A stretch of DNA of 15,346 bases from Candidatus Aenigmatarchaeota archaeon (GTDB lineage: Archaea > Aenigmatarchaeota > Aenigmatarchaeia > QMZP01 > QMZT01): the NCBI GenBank assembly GCA_963726265.1, contig CAVSBQ010000001.1, positions 1 to 15,346 on the forward strand, read 5' to 3'. The notes under the pieces were generated by a model. It ran no database searches. It saw only the letters and a list, made by a program, of their open reading frames with translations, and was not told the DNA's origin. The translations under genes and the position numbers were made by a program. Shown one piece after another: positions 1-8,150 of this stretch (its first letter is position 1; the number at the start of each line of letters is the position of its first letter).

Positions 1-2
1 AA

Positions 3-593
3 TTGGCAAGCGGTGATAAAAATTTAAAGTTTCATGCTGCAGTAAGAATCATGTCCGATTTTGGTAAGTATACATTAGATGCAACCGCAATGGCATTATT
101 TGGTTCATTTATTTATTTTTCACTTTTTCATGACAAGTACAAGAAAAGATATGAACACACCAAAGATATTTGGAGGGGGCCTCTTGACAAGGCGGGAATC
201 CAAGTAGAGGATGTAAAAAGAAGCTATTTGATTGGCGCATACAAAAATGAAGAGATTAAAAAAATACTCCGTTTCATGCAGGCTATAGATCATTATAATG
301 AAGATGACCGTGGACGATTGGAGAAAACCCATGGCATTAGAATTCGCAAAACACCTGAAAACGAGATGAATTTACTGAAAGCAATACGCAGCCAAGAAGA
401 GTACCTTCAAAAGATGACAAGAATGGAAAGAGCTCGCAACCAAGAAAGAAGTCTGCGAAAGATGATAAAAAGAAGCGAAAGATGGAAGTATTGGCTGCAC
501 CCGTTTTTCAATTACGACCCGCTAACCGAAGATCAAATTCTTGCGCCAATTTTTATGCTGCCAGCGCAGCGTCAATCTCCGTCTGGAAAGTAG
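3..593 (+). CDS. Hypothetical protein, probably 5'-truncated by the window edge; AT-rich, one hydrophobic segment followed by a charged helical region
   Basis: Open frame of 196 codons with no recognisable motif. Hydrophobic stretch ATAMALFGSFIYFSLF. Its 3' end overlaps the convergent DsbA-like gene (553-593). Confidence 0.6.
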   Translation: MASGDKNLKFHAAVRIMSDFGKYTLDATAMALFGSFIYFSLFHDKYKKRYEHTKDIWRGPLDKAGIQVEDVKRSYLIGAYKNEEIKKILRFMQAIDHYNEDDRGRLEKTHGIRIRKTPENEMNLLKAIRSQEEYLQKMTRMERARNQERSLRKMIKRSERWKYWLHPFFNYDPLTEDQILAPIFMLPAQRQSPSGK

Positions 594-1218
594 CGTAAGG
601 CTGCGCGCCCACGAGTTTCTTGCCGTTGATGAAGAACGTCGGCGTGCCCGTGACTCCGTATGAGCGGCCGTCGCTCGTGTCCTTGTCTACTTCGCTGGCG
701 TATTTGCCCGAGTCAAGGCAGGCGTCGAACTTCGCGGTATCGAGGCCGAGTTCGCTGGCGTATGACTTCAGATTGTCGCTGGTCAGCGCGCCCTGGTTCT
801 GGAAAAGCTTCTCGTTGTAGGCCCAGAACTTATCATTCCCCTGCTCATGTGCGCACTCGCTCGCTTCGGAAGCGAGATGCGCCGTGGTATGGACTATGTA
901 GTCGCGGAAGACGAAGCGCACCTTGCCCGTGTCGATGTAGTTCGCCTTTATCTGAGGGAACGTGTCCCTAGCGAAGCGTCCGCAGAACGGGCAGAGGTAT
1001 TCGGAGAACTCGACTATCGTTACCTTGGCATCAGCGCTACCCAGAACCGCATCGTCGTCGAGCGAAATGTTGTAGTCGTTTCCGCCGTTCCCGTTGGATG
1101 CTGGAGGGGGCTTGATGGTGAAAAGGATGGCAAGCGATATCACTATCGCCGCGGCTATTACCACCGCTGACAAAATGAAAACCTTTTTGCTTTCCTTTCT
1201 CCTGCCGAAAATGTTCAT
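553..1218 (-). CDS. Membrane-anchored DsbA/thioredoxin-fold disulfide oxidoreductase
   Basis: EFSEYLCPFC active site, GTPTFFING cis-Pro loop, LGSADAKVTIVEF motif and an N-terminal TM helix. Start moved to ATG 1218, preceded by the GGCGTGAT RBS. The upstream part of the track ORF overlaps the ferredoxin. Confidence 0.9.
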   Translation of the reverse strand: MNIFGRRKESKKVFILSAVVIAAAIVISLAILFTIKPPPASNGNGGNDYNISLDDDAVLGSADAKVTIVEFSEYLCPFCGRFARDTFPQIKANYIDTGKVRFVFRDYIVHTTAHLASEASECAHEQGNDKFWAYNEKLFQNQGALTSDNLKSYASELGLDTAKFDACLDSGKYASEVDKDTSDGRSYGVTGTPTFFINGKKLVGAQPYATFQTEIDAALAA

Positions 1219-1223
1219 CACAA

Positions 1224-1416
1224 TCACGCCTTTTTTATCTTTATGCACTGCACCGGGCACGAGTCGGCCGCGCTCTGGTTGCAGCCGGCATCGCCGACCT
1301 GCGTTTTTTTCGGCTTCGCCTTCATCCCTTCCATGACCCAGTTGCCCGGGCAGACCGCAGCGCATGCGCCGCAGCCTATGCACGCGTTCCTGTCCTGCGA
1401 TTATCTTGAATGGCAT
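1224..1416 (-). pseudogene. Single-cluster [4Fe-4S] ferredoxin with a +1 frameshift near codon 6 (real lesion, recoding or sequencing error)
   Basis: RBS GGAGGTG (1423-1429), then ATG 1416 MPFKI(I). One base later the frame reads QDRNACIGCGACAAVCPGNWVMEGMKAKPKKTQVGDAGCNQSAADSCPVQCIKIKKA* (TGA 1224-1226), with CxxCxxCxxxCP and a distal CP. Length 193 nt = 3n+1. Confidence 0.88.
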
Positions 1417-1467
1417 ATGACACACCTCCGCGCTGAAATCATCATCATATTACCAGATTTGCCGCGA

Positions 1468-2397
1468 TCATTCCTCGCAGCGCTTCTTCAGGCGTTCCCA
1501 TTCGCCGTCGACGTGCTGCTGGATTTGCTTTATGATATGTTTGTTCTCCGGCTTAAATAAATGGGAGAAGCGCCCCTGCGTTTTGAGATATTCCTCGATG
1601 GGTTTGCGCTCGGCGACGTCCCTGGTCATGCGCATCCTGCCGTCCTCGATCTCGTAGAGCATCCACATGCCCGTTTCGACGGCGAGCCGTCCGATTTCGA
1701 CGGTCCTCCACGCGTCGAACTTCCAGCCGAGCGGGCACGGGTTGAGCACGTGGATGAAGGAAGGCTGGTTCTCCTTTTTCAGCGCCTTCGCGACCTTCGT
1801 CCTCAGGTCGTCGATGTAGCCGACCGAAGCGGTCGCGACATACGGGATGTGATGCGCCGCGACTATTTCGACTATCGGCTTCTTCCACGTCACGTTGCCG
1901 GGAACCACGCTTCCCGAAGGGCTGGTGGTGGTCCACGCACCGAAAGGCGTCGCACTAGAACGCTGCACGCCAGTATTAGCGTACGACTCATTATCGAGGC
2001 AGATGTAGCATACCTTCTCGCCGCGCTCGAGCATGCCCGAAAGCGCCTGGAGCCCGATGTCCAGCGTGCCGCCGTCGCCGGCGATGGCGATGACATTCCC
2101 GACCCGCCCCTGCTTCTCCAGGGCGAGCGAAACGCCCGCCGCTATGGCCGCAGCGTTCTCGAAAGCGCCGTGAATATAATTAACGCCCCATGACGTGTTG
2201 GGGAACTGCGAGCTTACGATTTCCAGGCAGGAAGTCGCATTAACGACTATCGTGTTCTTGCCAGCGACGCCGAGTATCGCGCGGACTGCGATGGTCTCGG
2301 GGCAGCCCGCGCAGTTCGTCGAGCCCTGGAAGAATAGGCACGTTTCGCAGCCTGACGGGGCTGATGCCGCGCCTTTCTTTTCGTTTTTTACACCCAT
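1468..2397 (-). CDS. porB: Pyruvate/2-oxoacid:ferredoxin oxidoreductase beta subunit (TPP-binding)
   Basis: CAGC, ATSCLE, FENAAA, GDGG...DNESYANTG TPP motif and PCPLGW; last subunit of the gamma-delta-alpha-beta cluster. Confidence 0.95.
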   Translation of the reverse strand: MGVKNEKKGAASAPSGCETCLFFQGSTNCAGCPETIAVRAILGVAGKNTIVVNATSCLEIVSSQFPNTSWGVNYIHGAFENAAAIAAGVSLALEKQGRVGNVIAIAGDGGTLDIGLQALSGMLERGEKVCYICLDNESYANTGVQRSSATPFGAWTTTSPSGSVVPGNVTWKKPIVEIVAAHHIPYVATASVGYIDDLRTKVAKALKKENQPSFIHVLNPCPLGWKFDAWRTVEIGRLAVETGMWMLYEIEDGRMRMTRDVAERKPIEEYLKTQGRFSHLFKPENKHIIKQIQQHVDGEWERLKKRCEE

Positions 2398-3515
2398 ATC
2401 AGTCCCCTTCTTTCCTGCCTGATATCGCGGAATATCTTTAAGAAATCATCAATCTTTACATCACGCCCTCCGAGGCCGCCGATGAACGTGCTGACGTTCG
2501 TCTTCCTTGTCAGGCCGCGCATCTCGTAGCAAAGGGCGCCGCCCATGCCAGGCGAGATGTCCTTCTCAAGGACGCCTATCGAATGTATGCCCTTTATGGC
2601 CTTCTTTATCTCGGCCATTGGCAGTGGTCTGAAGCTCTTGACGCGTATGAGGCCCATGTCCTTTATCTTGTTCTCGCGGATGATGTATTTCGCCGTCCCT
2701 GCGAGCGAGCCCATGGTGACGAGCGCGTATTTCGCATTTTCCATGTTGTAGGTCTCGATGAGCCCGTTGCCGTAGCCCCGGCCGAAGACGTCCCTGAACT
2801 CGTCGTTAGTCTCCCTTATCGCCTCGCGCGCCCAGCGCATCGCTTCATGCTGCGCCATCTTGAACTCCTGGTAATGGTCGGGCCCGGCCCACATGCCCTG
2901 GCTGAGCGGCTCATTGAAATCGATAACCCTGCCCGCGTATCTGGGCAGGAATTTCTTAACGAGCTTCGGGTCGGCGATGTCGACCGGCTCGTAAACGTGA
3001 GAAAGGAAGAAGCCGTCTATGCAGACCATGACGGGCAGCGAAACTTTCGCGTTCTCCGCGATCTTGTAGGCCTGTATCACTGTGTCGAACGCTTCCTGCG
3101 CGCTCTCGCAGTAGAGCTGAATCCAGCCCGAGTCTCTCGCTCCGAAGGAGTCGGACCAGTCGTTCCATATGTTCAGCGGCGCGGAAAGCGCGCGGTTCGC
3201 GGTGACCATCACAACAGGAAGCCGCATGCCTGAGACTACGTAAAGCATCTCATACATCAGGGCGAGGCCCTGGCTCGAAGAGGCGGTGAACGTGCGCACG
3301 CCGGTCGCCTGCGCGCCCAGGCAGACGGACATCGCGGAGTGTTCGGACTCGACGTTGACGTACTTCGCCTTAAGCTCGTCGTCCGCGACCATCTCAGATA
3401 AGCGTTCGATTATATGCGTCTGCGGCGTTATCGGATACGCGGCGATGACGCCTGGTTCGCAGAGCTTGACGGCTTCAGCGATTGCGTGGCTTCCTTCTAT
3501 GACTTTCTTGGTCAT
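2388..3515 (-). CDS. porA: Pyruvate/2-oxoacid:ferredoxin oxidoreductase alpha subunit
   Basis: AAYPITPQT, VESEHSAMS, TASSSQGLALM, NRALSAP and DGFFLSH motifs; GGAGG RBS upstream; overlaps the porB start. Confidence 0.95.
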   Translation of the reverse strand: MTKKVIEGSHAIAEAVKLCEPGVIAAYPITPQTHIIERLSEMVADDELKAKYVNVESEHSAMSVCLGAQATGVRTFTASSSQGLALMYEMLYVVSGMRLPVVMVTANRALSAPLNIWNDWSDSFGARDSGWIQLYCESAQEAFDTVIQAYKIAENAKVSLPVMVCIDGFFLSHVYEPVDIADPKLVKKFLPRYAGRVIDFNEPLSQGMWAGPDHYQEFKMAQHEAMRWAREAIRETNDEFRDVFGRGYGNGLIETYNMENAKYALVTMGSLAGTAKYIIRENKIKDMGLIRVKSFRPLPMAEIKKAIKGIHSIGVLEKDISPGMGGALCYEMRGLTRKTNVSTFIGGLGGRDVKIDDFLKIFRDIRQERRGLIWV

Positions 3516-3536
3516 GTCAAATTTTCCTCCCTGATT

Positions 3537-3842
3537 TTATTTCTCCAGCTTCTTGTCTATCGCCTTGAAAGGGCAGAGCGCCATGCAGAGCAGGCACCCC
3601 TTGCAGTAATCATAATCCACTCTCGCCGTCTTCGTCTTCCTCCCCGCGAACTCGGCCAGCTCGATGCAGCCTTCCGGGCAGTATTGCGCGCAGATGCCGC
3701 AGCCTTTGCATTTGTCGTCGAGGAAAACGGGCTTGAACGTGCGCCAGCCTGACGTTTTCCTGATTTTCGAATTCTTCCCGCTCGAGCCTACGCAGCCCCT
3801 GTTTGAACCGTTATGGTTGTGGTTGCTGTTCTCGTTAACCAT
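3537..3842 (-). CDS. porD: 2-oxoacid:ferredoxin oxidoreductase delta subunit (2x[4Fe-4S])
   Basis: KTSGWRTFKPV, CKGCGICAQYCP and DYDYCKGCLLCMALCP. Confidence 0.93.
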   Translation of the reverse strand: MVNENSNHNHNGSNRGCVGSSGKNSKIRKTSGWRTFKPVFLDDKCKGCGICAQYCPEGCIELAEFAGRKTKTARVDYDYCKGCLLCMALCPFKAIDKKLEK

Positions 3843-3848
3843 ATGATA

Positions 3849-4385
3849 TCACACCTTCGTCTCCTCATACGCGCGCCTTATCGCATCGACGTTCTTGTCG
3901 CGTATCGCTCCCTCGAAGCGCTCGCCTATCGCCTCGACGAGGCTTTTCAACGAAACGAGTTTCGTAGCCTTGGCGAAAGCGCCGAGCATGACCGTGTTGA
4001 CAAGCGGCTTGCCGAGCACGTCCATCGCTATTTTATTCGCGTCGACGGTATATGTCGGGAACGAGCCGAACTTTTTCTTCCCCTCCGAGTTGATGAGGAC
4101 CATACCCTGTTTAGTCAGGCCTTTCGTTATATCCAATACGCTCACAAGCGAGTCGTCGAGGACGATGACGTAGTCGGGGTCATAGACCTGCGTGCGCAGC
4201 GTGATGAACTCCTTAGAAAGCCTGCAATACGCTTCGACGGGCGATCCTCGCCTCTCGGGTCCGAAGTTCGGGACGGCCTGGCTGAACTTGCCGTCCTTGA
4301 ACGCGGCTATCGCTATAAGCTCCGCCGTCGTCACCGCTCCCTGGCCTCCTCTCCCGTGTATCCTGATTTCTGTAATGCTGTTCAT
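3849..4385 (-). CDS. porG: 2-oxoacid:ferredoxin oxidoreductase gamma subunit
   Basis: EIRIHGRGGQGAVT, FGPERRGSPV and NTVMLGA motifs; GAGGT RBS upstream. Confidence 0.95.
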   Translation of the reverse strand: MNSITEIRIHGRGGQGAVTTAELIAIAAFKDGKFSQAVPNFGPERRGSPVEAYCRLSKEFITLRTQVYDPDYVIVLDDSLVSVLDITKGLTKQGMVLINSEGKKKFGSFPTYTVDANKIAMDVLGKPLVNTVMLGAFAKATKLVSLKSLVEAIGERFEGAIRDKNVDAIRRAYEETKV

Positions 4386-4436
4386 CAGAAAACCTCAAAA
4401 TGCTGAGCCTTAATAGAAAGTAAACGTGCCAAGCAC

Positions 4437-4446
4437 ATATATAAAG
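4437..4446 (-). promoter_or_regulatory. Candidate TATA box of the por operon
   Basis: CTTTATATAT on the minus strand, about 50-60 nt upstream of the porG ATG. Confidence 0.5.
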
Positions 4447-4505
4447 ATTGGCCAGACGACCATCGACAATCGTAGGATACTTTATTTGACCTTCTGAAAA
4501 TTTTT

Positions 4506-5315
4506 TCAAAGGGCTTTCCTTAGCGTTATCTTGTCCTTGAGCTTGACCCCGAACTTGTCGGCGAAGCGTCCCTGGTTTATGGCTATCTCTATCCTGCCGT
4601 AATCGTCCGGGAAAACTATCACTTCGCCTTTGATTACCTCCCCGAAGGTCCTGAGGAGCTTGGTGTTTATCCTGTTGACGCCGGTCTCGATCACTATGTC
4701 GTCCTGGTATTTTATCCCGGACTTCTCGAACTCCTTGTAGACGGCGTTTACCGAAACGCTGCCGAAGCTGTTTATGTGTATCGCCTCTCCGGCGGCGATG
4801 CCTTCCGAGATCTCCGCCTCCTCGTAAGGGCCCTTGACAAGCTTCTGGGGGTCGATTTCCGGGCCGAACGCCTCTATGCGGATGCCCTTGGAAAGCCAGG
4901 CCGCCGCAGGCGCGAACACGTCGCGGCCGTGGAACACCGGGCAGACCGGCGTGCGCATGTATTTCTCGTTCGTTATCTCGACTACCTTTTCGATGCCTCC
5001 GAGCCTCCTGGTCGCGGGGATGAGGAGGCCGTTGTCGGGCCCGATCAGGTAATCGCCGCGCTTGGTCTTGATTATGATGCTCATGCGATCCGTCCCCACT
5101 CCGGGGTCGACCACGCATATGTGGCAGCCCACGGGAAGCTGTTCGACGCTCTCCATGGTCCAGGCGCCCTCCATTATCTCGAAGTCCGGGATGCCGTGCC
5201 ATAGGTCTATCATCTTGACGTCGGGGCACATCTGGAAAATAACGGCCTTCATTATGCCTATGCCCTGCGTGCCTACGCCAAAGTCGCTTGAAAGAGAGAT
5301 GAATGGCTTCTTCAT
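4506..5315 (-). CDS. DUF62 family SAM hydroxide adenosyltransferase (fluorinase/chlorinase superfamily)
   Basis: SDFG, VVDPGVGTDR, GPDNG and FHGRDVFAP motifs. The Asp/Arg/His residues typical of the SAM-hydrolysing DUF62 branch appear to be present. Confidence 0.9.
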   Translation of the reverse strand: MKKPFISLSSDFGVGTQGIGIMKAVIFQMCPDVKMIDLWHGIPDFEIMEGAWTMESVEQLPVGCHICVVDPGVGTDRMSIIIKTKRGDYLIGPDNGLLIPATRRLGGIEKVVEITNEKYMRTPVCPVFHGRDVFAPAAAWLSKGIRIEAFGPEIDPQKLVKGPYEEAEISEGIAAGEAIHINSFGSVSVNAVYKEFEKSGIKYQDDIVIETGVNRINTKLLRTFGEVIKGEVIVFPDDYGRIEIAINQGRFADKFGVKLKDKITLRKAL

Positions 5316-5360
5316 ATTATCACAATAGTCCGGCGTCCTTAAGAATTTTTGCCTGAACCC

Positions 5361-6500
5361 TTACCTCAACCCGCTTACCTTTCTCAGATGAGCGACGGTC
5401 TCCTGCGTCGCTTTTATGGCGTAATCGATTTCCTTCTGCGTCGTGAACTTCGAAAGCGTCAGCCTTATCGAGCCCATGACGCATTCCGGGTCGACGCCTA
5501 TCGCCTGGAGGACATGCGACGGTCCCTCTTCTCGGCTCGAGCAGGCGGAGCCCGTCGAAACGCGCACGCCTTTCGTGTCCAGATACATGAGCAGCGCTTC
5601 CCCTTCGACGCCCCTGAACGAGACGTTGACGTTGTTGCAGAGCCGTTCGCTTCTCGCACCGTTCAGCTGCGAGTCCGATATCGAAAGCAGGCCTTTGATG
5701 AGCCTGTCCCTTAGCACGACCATCCGTTTTATCTCCTTCTGTCCAATCAGTTCCGCTGCCTTCGCGAGCCCGACGATGCCAGGGATGTTTTCAGTGCCGG
5801 GCCTGATGCCGAGCTCGTGCGGCCCGCCAGCATATGTTGGCTTGAGCATGGTGCCTTTGCGTATGAACAAGGCGCCAATCCCTTTCGGGCCGTTGAGCTT
5901 GTGGCCCGAAATTGAAAGGAGGTCTATGCCCATGCGCTTCACATCGATGGGGATTTTCGCGAACGACTGCACGGCGTCCGTGTGGAACAGAACGCCCTTA
6001 CTTTTGCACAGCCCGCCAATCTTAGCGACGTCCTGGACCGTGCCTATCTCGTTGTTGCCGTGGATGACCGAAACCAGAATCGTGTCCCTGCGCATGGCCT
6101 TCTCAAGTGAGGACAAACTCAAGAAGCCCTCGTCGTCGACGTCAAGAAACGTGACGTCGAACCCTTCTTCGGCCAGCGCTTTGCACGTGTTTATGACAGC
6201 AGGGTGCTCGATTTTCGTGGTTATGATGTGCTTCCCCTTCTGCACATAAGCATGCGCGACGCCGCGAAGCGCGAGGTTATCGGATTCGGTTCCGCCTGAA
6301 GTGAAGATGATTTCTGAGGGCTCGGCATTGAGCTTTCGCGCTATCACCTCTCTCGCAAAATCCATCGCCTTCTTCGCATCCCTCCCCGCCTTGTGCAGCG
6401 AAGAAGCGTTGCCATACGCCTTCGAGAAAAACGGCATCATCGCCTTCAAAACGCGAGGGTCGAGTCGCGTGGTAGCGCCGTTGTCGAGGTAAGCTTCCAT
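5361..6500 (-). CDS. iscS: Group I cysteine desulfurase (IscS/NifS type)
   Basis: YLDNGATT, FTSGGTESDN, EHPAV, HTDAVQ, SGHKLNGPKG (PLP lysine) and STGSACSS (catalytic Cys). Confidence 0.95.
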   Translation of the reverse strand: MEAYLDNGATTRLDPRVLKAMMPFFSKAYGNASSLHKAGRDAKKAMDFAREVIARKLNAEPSEIIFTSGGTESDNLALRGVAHAYVQKGKHIITTKIEHPAVINTCKALAEEGFDVTFLDVDDEGFLSLSSLEKAMRRDTILVSVIHGNNEIGTVQDVAKIGGLCKSKGVLFHTDAVQSFAKIPIDVKRMGIDLLSISGHKLNGPKGIGALFIRKGTMLKPTYAGGPHELGIRPGTENIPGIVGLAKAAELIGQKEIKRMVVLRDRLIKGLLSISDSQLNGARSERLCNNVNVSFRGVEGEALLMYLDTKGVRVSTGSACSSREEGPSHVLQAIGVDPECVMGSIRLTLSKFTTQKEIDYAIKATQETVAHLRKVSGLR

Positions 6501-6556
6501 GAAATCACGCCATAGTTTTTTAAATCGGATTTGAAAGTAATTCTTTTTATTTATTA

Positions 6557-6584
6557 TAAAGGTTTAAATATAACGCTGTTATAT
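6557..6584. promoter_or_regulatory. BRE/TATA (TAAAGG TTTAAATA) overlapped by the palindrome ATATAAC-GCT-GTTATAT in the divergent iscS/iscU intergenic region
   Basis: Perfect 7-3-7 inverted repeat at 6568-6584, overlapping the TATA-like TTTAAATA at 6563-6570. Confidence 0.55.
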
Positions 6585-6617
6585 AATTATGCACAAAAGT
6601 TTCATAGGGGTGTTGTC

Positions 6618-7247
6618 ATGTATTCGAAGAAAGTGATTGAATATTTCACCAAGCCGAGGAACGTCGGCGAGATAAAGGAAGCGGACGCGAGCGTGACCGA
6701 GGGTTCTCTGGCCTGCGGCGACATGGTCAACCTTTACCTGAAGATAGACCCCAAGACCTTCGTTATAAAGGACATCAAATTCAAATCCTACGGCTGCGCG
6801 GCGAACATCGCCACGACCAGCATAATGACCGAGATGGCCAAAGGCAAGACGCTGGCCCAGGCGAAGAAAATCGAGTTCAAGGACGTAACGAAGGCGCTGG
6901 GCGGCCTTCCGCCGATGAAAATCCACTGCTCCGTCCTGGCGATAGACGCGCTGAAAGCGGCGATACGCAATTATGAAGAGAAGCACGGGCTGGCGAAACC
7001 CGAGGGACTGAACGAGAGCGTGTTGCGCTCGCGACTGCGCCATGTCATGGACCCGAACCTCGGCAAGGACATCGTGACCGTCGGCATAGTCCAGGACGTG
7101 AAATTCGACACGAAGAGCGGCGTCGTATCGCTCATGCTGAAGCTGCCCAAGACGCACCAGTTCTACGACAACATACTGCACGAGATAGACGAGAGAATCG
7201 CCTACATCCCGGGCGTCAAGAGCATAGAGAAGAAGTTTATTGCGTAA
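6618..7247 (+). CDS. iscU: IscU/NifU-N Fe-S scaffold fused to a C-terminal DUF59 (SufT/MIP18-like) domain
   Basis: MYSKKVIEYFTKPRNVG, ACGD, FKSYGC and LPPMKIHCS give the three scaffold Cys. The C-terminus LRHVMDPNLGKDIVTVGIVQDV...IPGVKSI resembles DUF59. Start set to ATG 6618 after the GGGGTG RBS. Confidence 0.9.
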   Translation: MYSKKVIEYFTKPRNVGEIKEADASVTEGSLACGDMVNLYLKIDPKTFVIKDIKFKSYGCAANIATTSIMTEMAKGKTLAQAKKIEFKDVTKALGGLPPMKIHCSVLAIDALKAAIRNYEEKHGLAKPEGLNESVLRSRLRHVMDPNLGKDIVTVGIVQDVKFDTKSGVVSLMLKLPKTHQFYDNILHEIDERIAYIPGVKSIEKKFIA

Positions 7248-8040
7248 GCTTTACTGCATCGTTGCCGTTGTGCAGTCCCAAGTACTCGCGGACATGTTTT
7301 TTTCCAAGCATACCATAGAAAATGCCGGCGAAAACTGGGTCATACACTACTCCCTCGTCCGCCTTCAGCATGTCTCTTATTTCATCGTGGCTGAGAGTGG
7401 GATGCCACAACCTGCTTTCGTCGCCCGCGGAATCGATGAAGTCAATAACTCTGATAAGGCAGGAGCATCTTGGTATTTCTTCTCCTTTCAGCCCGAAAGG
7501 ATATCCCGAGCCGTTCCAGTTCTCGTGATGATACAGCACGCATCCTTCCACGTCTTTTATGTTGATGCCCAGTTCGCCTTTGGGATCCAGAGTCTTTATT
7601 ATGTCCCGGCCGGCCAGAGGATGCAGCCTCATGTATTTCAAATCCTTTTTTGTCATGGGAATCTCGCCGTTAAGCGACCTGCCGTTCCTGTCCTCTCCGA
7701 CGAAAGCCAGCATCTTGCCGACATCATGCAGCATGCCGCCCGTGCGGACTGAAGGATATTTCCTTTTTTTGAAGCCGGCATATTCGGCCAGTTCCTGCAT
7801 GGCTTCCTCGGCCAGCTCGCCGACCTTTATGGAGTGATCTATCCACATGGGTTTAACTCCTACCTCTTCTATCTTTTTGAAAAGCCAGTCAAGAAAAATG
7901 TCTGGGCGCCTGAAAATTTGTCCTTTCATTGAGCGCAATATCTCATTTATCTTATCTTCACTATACATGAGAGTGTCGTCATATTCTCTGTCATCCTCTG
8001 TGATTTTAGGATTGAATGCCGCATATTCTCTTCGGTTCAT
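7237..8040 (-). CDS. Stand-alone HD-GYP domain phosphohydrolase
   Basis: DHSIKV, LHDVGK, HPLAG, HHENWNGSGYPFGLKGEEIP, VIDFID and YDP motifs. Confidence 0.88.
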   Translation of the reverse strand: MNRREYAAFNPKITEDDREYDDTLMYSEDKINEILRSMKGQIFRRPDIFLDWLFKKIEEVGVKPMWIDHSIKVGELAEEAMQELAEYAGFKKRKYPSVRTGGMLHDVGKMLAFVGEDRNGRSLNGEIPMTKKDLKYMRLHPLAGRDIIKTLDPKGELGINIKDVEGCVLYHHENWNGSGYPFGLKGEEIPRCSCLIRVIDFIDSAGDESRLWHPTLSHDEIRDMLKADEGVVYDPVFAGIFYGMLGKKHVREYLGLHNGNDAVKLTQ

Positions 8041-8150
8041 ATAGGCCTGCCTTCATGCCAGTGATTTTGCATCAATGAACTGAGAGAACTAACGCCTTCA
8101 GGATTTTTATTCGTTGCTTTCGGTGCCTTTAAATACAAGTTGGCCCGCTT

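Noticed and set aside
1219..1425. N-terminal 69 codons of the 290-aa track ORF as a genuine part of DsbA
   Set aside because: This stretch is the off-frame reading of the ferredoxin. DsbA has its own RBS and ATG at 1218. Kept only as an alternative in the frameshift finding.
3800..3842. Asn/His-rich N-terminus of PorD (NENSNHNHNGSN)
   Set aside because: Short low-complexity stretch with no regular repeat unit; not enough to call a repeat or a metal-binding tag.
4506..5315. Fluorinase or chlorinase
   Set aside because: The motifs fit the widespread SAM-hydrolysing DUF62 branch, and there is no halometabolite gene context.
1561..6249. Long antisense or alternate-frame ORFs (1561-2193, 2583-3233, 3813-4406, 4213-5229, 5443-6249)
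   Set aside because: They overlap well-supported genes, show no motifs, and are the expected shadows of GC3-rich coding sequence.
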